Below are positions 59,166 through 64,000 of a stretch of DNA of 64,000 nucleotides, piece after piece. Made by a program: the position numbers and the translations under genes. Under the pieces are notes generated by a model that saw only the letters and a program-made list of their open reading frames with translations, was not told where the DNA came from and did not search any database. Numbering within the stretch: position 1 is the stretch's first letter; each line of letters starts with the position of its first letter. Origin of the DNA: Chiloscyllium plagiosum (Eukaryota); contig NC_057719.1 of the NCBI RefSeq assembly GCF_004010195.1, positions 49,877,713 to 49,941,712 on the forward strand. The letters run 5' to 3'.

Positions 59166-62100
59166 GAATATTGGGGGCTGGGCCCAAGGGGGTTGAGAGA
59201 TATAATGGGAGGGTGTTAGGGCTGAGGGGGAAGGTAGCTAGGAATACAATCGGTAGATGGAGGTGGGATTGATGGTGATAGCTCAGAGTGGAAGGTGGAG
59301 CGGATAGGTGGGAAGGAAGATGGACAGGTAGAACAGTTCAAGAGGGCAGTGCTGAGTTGGATGGTTAGATCTGGGATAAGGTGGGGGGAGGGGAGATGAG
59401 GAAACTGGTGAAATTGGACATTGGTTCCGTATGGTTGGAAGGTCCCAAGGTGGAAGATGAGGTATTTTTCCTCTAGGCGTCAGGTGGCTCGGATTTGGTG
59501 GTGGAGGAGGCCCAGGACTTGCATGTCCTTGGCGGAGTGGGAGGGGCAGTTGACGTTGTCGGCCACAGGGCGCAGGGGTTGTTTAGTGCATGTGTCCCAG
59601 AGATGTTCTCTTAAACATTCTGCAAGTTGGAATCCTGTCTCCACAATGTCGAGGAGACCACATTAAGAGCAACAGACACAGTAGATGATGTGTTTGGGTG
59701 TACCGGAAAATCTCTGCTGGGTATGGAAGGATCCTTTGGGGCCTTGGATGGAGGTGAGGGGGGAGGTGTGGGTGCAGGTTTTTGCACATCTTGCAGTGGC
59801 AAGTGAAGGTGCCAGGAGTGGAGAGTGGGTTGTTGAGGGGTGTGCACCTAACGAGGGAGTCACGGAGAGGATGACCTCTGTGAAACACTGAAAGGGGTGA
59901 AAAGGAAATATATCACTGGTGTTGGGGTCTGACTATAGGTCATGGAAATGGAAGAGGATGATGCGATGTATCCGGAGATTAGTGGGCTGGTAGGCAAGGA
60001 CCAGGGGGCATTCTATCCTTGTTGCAGTTGGAGGGGTGGGGTTCAAGAGCAGAGGTGCGGGAGGTGGAGGAGATGTTGACCACGTGGGAGGGGAAATGGA
60101 GATGGAGAGGTCCAGGAAGGGGAGGGAGGGAAGGAGGTGTCTGAGATAGTCCAGGTGAATTTGAGGTCAAGGTGGAAAGTGTTTGTGAAGTTGGTGAACT
60201 GTTCAACCTCCTCGTGGGAGCACGAGGTGACGCCGATACAGTGATCGATGTAGCAGAGGAAAATGTGGGAATCGTGCCTGTGTAGCGGCAGAAGATGGAC
60301 TGTTCCATGTACCTGATGAAGAGGCAGGCACTTCAAATGCACATGGTTACGCCTTTGGTCTGAAGGAAAACGGCAGATTCAAAGGAGAAATTGTTGAGAG
60401 TGAGGACTAGTTCAGCCAATTAAATATGTGTTGGTGGAAGGGTACTGGTTGGATCACTGGGAGAGGAAGAAATGGAGGGTTTGGAGGCCTTCATCATGGC
60501 AGATGGACGTGTACAGGGACTGGATGTCCCCGGTGAAGATGAAAAATTGGAGGCTGGGGAACTGAAAGTCATGGAGGAGGTGGAGGGTGTGGGTGGTGTC
60601 CTTAATGTATGTGAGGAGATCCTGGAGGTCAGGACAGTTTCAAGGTATGCGGAGATAAGTTCGGTGGGGCAGAAACAGGCAGAGACAATCGGCTGACCGG
60701 GGCAGTCAGGTTTATGAATATTGAGTAAGAGTTAGAATCGGGTGGTGCGAGGTTCCAGGGCTATGAGGTTGCAGGCTGTGGATGGGAGATCCCCTGAGGT
60801 GTTGAGGTTGTGGATGGTCTGAGAGATGATGGTTTGGTGATGGGAGGTAGGGATGTGTTCGAGAGGTGAGTAGGAGGAAGTGTCTGTGAATTGGTGCCTG
60901 GCTTCAGCAGTGTACAGGTCAGTGTGCCAAACTACCACTGCACCCCTCCCCCCTTTTCTGCTGGTTTGTTGGTGAGGTTGGGGTTCGAGTGGAGGGCTAC
61001 AGGTTGGAGTGGGTGAGAGGGGGAGTGGGTGAGAGGGGTGGACAGGTGGAGGCAGTCAATGTCATGACGACAGTTGGAGATGAAGAGATTGAGGGCTGAT
61101 AACAGACCAGCACAGAGTGTCCAAGTGGATGGAATGTGTTGGAGGTGGGCGAAGGGGTCCTTGGAGGGTGGGTGGGAGTTCTGATGGAAAAGGTAAACAC
61201 GGAGGCAGAGGCAGCAGAAGGAAAGTTCGTTGTCCGAACGCGTGTTGAACTTGTTGATCTGGGAGTGTAGTGGGATGAAGTTGATACCTTTACTCAGGAC
61301 TGATCGTTCATCCTCAGTGAGGGGGAGGTCTGAGGGGGATTGTAAAAATACGGCAGGGATGAGGCTAGGACCTGATGTGGGACTAGAGTTGGTTGGGGGC
61401 AGAGACTGTCTCTGGAGTGGGCGTAGTCATGGTATCGTGGGTGATGTCAGCAAAAGAAGTGACGCCAACCGCAGGAGTCAGGGTGGCAGAAGAGGTGCCT
61501 TCCGTGGCATATGCAGAGGTGGAAGTGACATTTCATGTGACATTTGCAATGTCTTTGGCGGCAGCTGCGTGTTTGTCGGGGCTGTTCCGATGAGTGCCAT
61601 CGGTGGAGGCGGAAGTGGCTGAGGCAGTGGCAGCTATGGGGGTGGAAGCAACATGATGGTCGTCTTCACAGTAGTTTCAGTAGTGGTGGTTCTGGCAGCG
61701 ATCACAGAGTTGGTATAGTCAGCGGGGGCCGTGGTCTGTGGAGCTGTGGGGCAAGAAGTGACATCATTATTTGCAGCGGTGATGGTGGCTGTAGCGGCCG
61801 TGTGGCTAATGGTGTCCGAGCAGTGCTGGAAGCTGGAAGAAGGTTTTGGAATGATCAAGGAATCCCGAGTTTGGAGGTAAGTACGTGATAGTTTGATGTA
61901 CTTACGTTCCTTGATATCTGATATGCTGGAGAAAAAGTGTTGTCGAGTGTGTGAATTCTTCTCAGGATGAAAAACAACAGAGGTCCTTTGCAGGTCTGGG
62001 ACAGTGTGGCCTTGAGCTGGGTCAGGGCTGACTGCAGGGAGGGTAGGTGGCAGTGCATGGCTTTGAGCGTGGAGTCGAGGATCAGGAGGGAGAACTTTGG

Positions 62101-62509
62101 ATTTACTGTAGGTAGTGTTGCCTGGTCAGGTCCATGTACTGAACTGCCTTTGGTGAATAATATTTACTTATTACATTAAAACGTAACAATAAAATGCTAA
62201 TACTATATTCCAGATAATCAGACAGTCAAATGTGCAGAAAAAGTACCCATTTAGTGAGGAAGGGGCAGGAGAGGTCAGTCCATCCATGTTAACAGTTGAG
62301 CCTCTTTTACACAGGGTCATCTAGCTGATCTCCCAGAAGGAGTGTGCTGAATTCCAGCAATATTGGGAAGATCTGAGACTGCTGACATGGCAACAAGGTC
62401 TGTAGTCTGGCTGGTGCAGCTGTTCAAAAGGCTTAAGGAAGGATTATTTTATTGCACTTCTGTTTCTCCTCCTTGCACAAGTTTATTTTTTAACCTATCT
62501 TTTGTTTAC

Positions 62510-62721
62510 CTGGTCTGACAGCTTCTGCCAGGCCTCCACAGATGGTGTTTCACCCAGTAAATCATAGGAACGGTCTTGACCCCCATCTCCCTAAGAAGAT
62601 CCAAATTAGAAGAACCCATGAGGCCTTCACCTAAATCAGGAGGGTACGTCAATTTTAAGAAAGCCATGCGGTGAAAAACGAGTAGTAAACAGTCACTTTG
62701 TACCATCTGATTTCTGATGGA
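62510..62721 (-). pseudogene. Candidate exon (212 nt, one frame open) of an unidentified minus-strand gene
   Basis: TTTTAACTCCCTCAG acceptor, CAG|GTAAAC donor, translation SIRNQMVQSDCLLLVFHRMAFLKLTYPPDLGEGLMGSSNLDLLREMGVKTV.. A second AG/GT segment (about 62247-62419, with stops) follows after a 90-nt intron-like gap. Confidence 0.4.
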
Positions 62722-63074
62722 CTGAGGGAGTTAAAATCAATTGAAATGTTACTAATTATATTATCTGAAATGTTTAGTATTTGTAATTTTGATAGTCTGT
62801 CTTCCTTGACAGTTTTAGGAAGGACATATTAACTGACACACTCGGTAAATTAAATATAAGAAGTGATTGCTGTTATAAATATTAATATACTCAGAAGGGA
62901 TTCCATATATCATAGTCAGGGATCTTCTGCCTCCCATGATGTGGCGCAAGAATGTCTAAGTGATTCTTTAACAGAATGCTGGGTCAAATGGTTAATGAAT
63001 CATAATGTGCCTTTTGATGAATATGTTTTAATTTATTGGGTTACTGTTGTTCTTACATCAGCCAATCAAATATT

Positions 63075-63425
63075 GGCAGCACGGTGACTCAGTGGTTAGC
63101 ACTGCTGCCTCACAGCACCTGGGTTCAATTCCTGCCTTGGGCGACTGTCTGTGTGGAGTTTGCATGTTGTCCCCACGTCTGCATGGATTTCCTCTGGGTG
63201 ATCCAGTTACCCCCTACAATCCAAAGATTTACAGGTTAGGTGAATTGGCCAGGCTAAATTGCCCATTGTGTTCAGGGATGTGTAGGTTAGGTGCATTAGT
63301 CAGGGGAAATGTAAAATAATAAGGTAGGGGCATGGGTCTGGGTGGGTTACTCTTCGGAGGGTCAGTGTGGACTTGGGTCAGATGGCCTGTTTCTACACTG
63401 TAGGGATTCTATGATAGTAATCTAA
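63075..63425 (+). mobile_element. HE1-type V-SINE
   Basis: Head GGCAGCACGGTGACTCAGTGGTTAGCA, B-box GGTTCAATTCC, V-domain. Confidence 0.9.
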
Positions 63426-64000
63426 TAAAATGATCTAGACCTCACAGTGCAGCAATCACTTCCAAGAATCAGATTCAACACCAAAGCCTTAATGAACTGT
63501 GACACCTTTTCCAGTACATCTCCAACCCAGGGAGTGAGATAATGGCATTCCTAATAGCAAAGGTGAAGCTTCTTTCCACTTGTTTGACATATGCATTTTC
63601 CAAATATCAGGGGCATCAATCACTGTGCAGAGCATCACTGACTCCAAGCAAATAATTTAATCACGTTTTCTTTGACAAGAGTGAGCAACAGAAGGGTTAT
63701 CAAACACAAAACATTGATGCTGTTTTCTCTCCACTGAAGCTGCCAGACCTGACGAGTTTCTCCAGTAATTTCGGTTTTGTTTTAAATTTTCAGCAACCAC
63801 ACTTTTTTTTTTATTATAACAGCAAAGAGTGTATTTTTTAATGACACAAAGCACAGGATCTTACTAATATCTACATATAGCTCTACCTTCCAAAAGACTA
63901 TAAAACCTTCAGATATAGGAACAGAATTAGGCCAGTCAGCTCATCGAGTCTGTCCTGCCATTTAATCATGGATGACATGTTTCTCCACCCATTTTTCTCC

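Larger units (their letters stand above)
58655..62150 (-). mobile_element. Long decayed Penelope-like element family A (N-terminal region, RT, GIY-YIG, pLTR)
   Basis: IFLCYIDHCIG..EVEQFTNFTNTFHLDLKFTWTIS (RT) and HIIYCVCCS (GIY-YIG). pLTR with hammerhead at 59138-59165. Many frameshifts and deletions. Confidence 0.9.

Noticed and set aside
4234..63425. SINE heads as tRNA genes
   Set aside because: The A/B boxes continue into V-SINE bodies and LINE-like tails, and no complete cloverleaf is supported.

Overview
Eukaryotic (vertebrate) genomic DNA, very probably from a shark. HE1-type tRNA-derived V-SINEs, DeuSINE-type SINEs, CR1 LINEs and Penelope-like elements (PLEs) dominate the window; this taxonomic call is my inference from repeat families. 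There is no intact single-ORF gene, rRNA, true tRNA or CRISPR array. Most ORFs in the track are decayed CR1, Rex1/Babar or Penelope RT and GIY-YIG fragments, or chance ORFs. Three things stand out. (1) About 15 copies of a minimal hammerhead ribozyme motif (CUGANGA-hairpin-GAAA-palindrome) sit in the terminal repeats of at least four PLE lineages. (2) A recurrent class of tiny fold-back PLE-terminus insertions carries 9-14 bp target-site duplications (TSDs). (3) Minus-strand exon-like segments with canonical AG/GT ends but scattered stops and frameshifts run across the whole window, suggesting a large decayed, unidentified protein-coding gene. Also present are a solo LTR with a 5-bp TSD, a Tc1/mariner-type MITE, and several local duplications or templated insertions. 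Repeat boundaries are read by eye (about +/-20-50 bp unless a TSD is quoted), and family names come from recall, not from a database search.
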